Assembly (NCBI RefSeq): GCF_004010195.1
Contig: NC_057718.1
Span: forward strand, 60,072,137-60,136,136
Origin: Chiloscyllium plagiosum
Taxonomy: Eukaryota
Reading direction: 5' to 3'
Length of the DNA stretch: 64,000 nt
Shown: positions 62,867 through 64,000 of the stretch, one piece after another
Numbering within the stretch: position 1 is the first letter of the stretch
Layout: each line of letters starts with the position of its first letter
Program-made: the position numbers and the translations under genes
Notes under the pieces: model-generated
What the model saw: the letters and a program-made list of their open reading frames with translations, nothing else
The model's database searches: none
What the model was told of the DNA's origin: nothing

Positions 62867-63526
62867 ATGGAGATTGCTGAAAAAGGGAAATTGGCTTCAG
62901 TTTCATTGGCAGGGCCCTGGAGGTCCTGGTAGGCAGAATGCTAGCTAGGAGGGTAGCAATTTTACCTGAAGATTGCCAATGGAGGTCAGGTCACCAAAAC
63001 GGGCCAGCCTACTCAGTGATGGCCACTCACGTCAGTGCCATTCCCACAGTCAGAACGAATGCCTAGCAGTGCTGCTAGGAGGTCAATGGCCTTATACACT
63101 CCACAAGAATAAGTGCCACCATCTTCTCTCTGCTATGTTCTAACTCTGTGACTGTATACACTTCGCACTAGTGCTAATGGTCTACCACTCACATGCAGCA
63201 CCTTCACTCAATGGCTCTCACCAAACTCATCTTCCAAAACGATTAACCCTTCCCCACCTCTGAACTTCCTACATGTTCACTGGGAACACCTTCCCTGCTT
63301 GAATGCTGTTCCTAAAAGTTTTTTTCCCAGTACTCACTGAGACTTCCAACTTTGCCTCATTGTAGGAGAAATGTTCTCACAATCAGTCAGAAAGGGCAAA
63401 GACAGAGGGTGAGTTTGTTGAAATTAATCTCTTCACATCCTATGAGGGAAACTAATTGGTTTACCAGGAGAGCGCTCTGACCACTCATAGGTAGGAATTC
63501 CAAGACCTCCATGTTCACTCAACCAA
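62867..63526 (+). pseudogene. Harbinger Myb/SANT-like DNA-binding protein relic, two exons (62867-63108 and 63366-63526)
   Basis: FIGRALEVLVGRMLARRVAILPED...MATHVSAIPTVRTNA*QCC*EVNGLIHSTR, mutated donor ATAAGT, acceptor cattgtag, then EKCSHNQSERAKTEG...LFTSYE and donor GTAAGC. Matches NAIF1-like Myb/SANT motifs (QC.K..NDL; RER.KTGGG). Confidence 0.72.
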
Positions 63527-64000
63527 GTAAGCTTCATTGCACTGTTCTCCCATTATCACCATTGTTAACATATTCTTAATATTATTATAACCTTATCCGT
63601 TCGTTTTAACTTTTCATACTATAACTAACTTCTAACATTCATTTTGAGAGAAACAAGTTTTGTCAGGAAAGACGGGGAGGTTAATGATTCAGTTAGCACT
63701 CCCATCTTTCCCATCTTCAACTTCCTCACCCCTGCCCCATCCCTCCCCTCTCCCATACCTCCCGCTCCCCTTCCCCCACACCTGCTGGAGAATTGACCTT
63801 GGAGACAGCTTGAAACAGCACAGGTTGGGATTGGCCACTGACTGGTTAGTCACACCCATGTTGCAGAAAGCCATTGAAAGCTAAGCGGAAGTCTTACCCT
63901 GTGAGCTGACAACAAGTGGGGGGAAAAAACAGTAAGGAAAGTTACAATTTGGATGAAAAAAAGAGGGGCTGGAGTTGTAAATTCAAAACCTGCAGTGCTG

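Noticed and set aside
63725..63780. C-run tract with G-quadruplex potential on the minus strand
   Set aside because: Low-complexity tract next to a transposon relic; nothing indicates function.

Overview
AT-rich vertebrate DNA, almost certainly from a shark or ray, because it carries HE1-type V-SINEs with their CR1/HER1-type partner LINEs; a carpet shark is my guess only. I found no recognisable host protein-coding exon, tRNA, rRNA or CRISPR array. The ORFs I can assign are broken transposon reading frames, and the rest are unrecognised and probably chance ORFs. The window looks like intronic or intergenic DNA filled with decayed transposons: Rex1/Babar, several CR1 subfamilies, a second CR1-clade LINE, L2, Penelope-like elements (PLEs), Gypsy/LTR relics, PIF/Harbinger relics, Tigger-like MITEs and three SINE families, often nested in each other. 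The most notable signals are: (1) repeated small fold-back PLE terminal-repeat insertions from four families carrying minimal hammerhead-ribozyme cores, some with long target-site duplications (TSDs) that overlap the inverted arm; (2) a 95-bp PLE reverse transcriptase active-site fragment filling a deletion in an unrelated LINE; (3) a fossil head-to-head Harbinger transposase plus spliced Myb/SANT gene pair; (4) an old two-LTR element with a tRNA-Leu primer-binding site; (5) an unexplained pair of self-complementary 32-mers. I cannot support a claim of a new functional system. Family names come from my recall of motifs, not database searches, and most boundaries are approximate to tens of bases.
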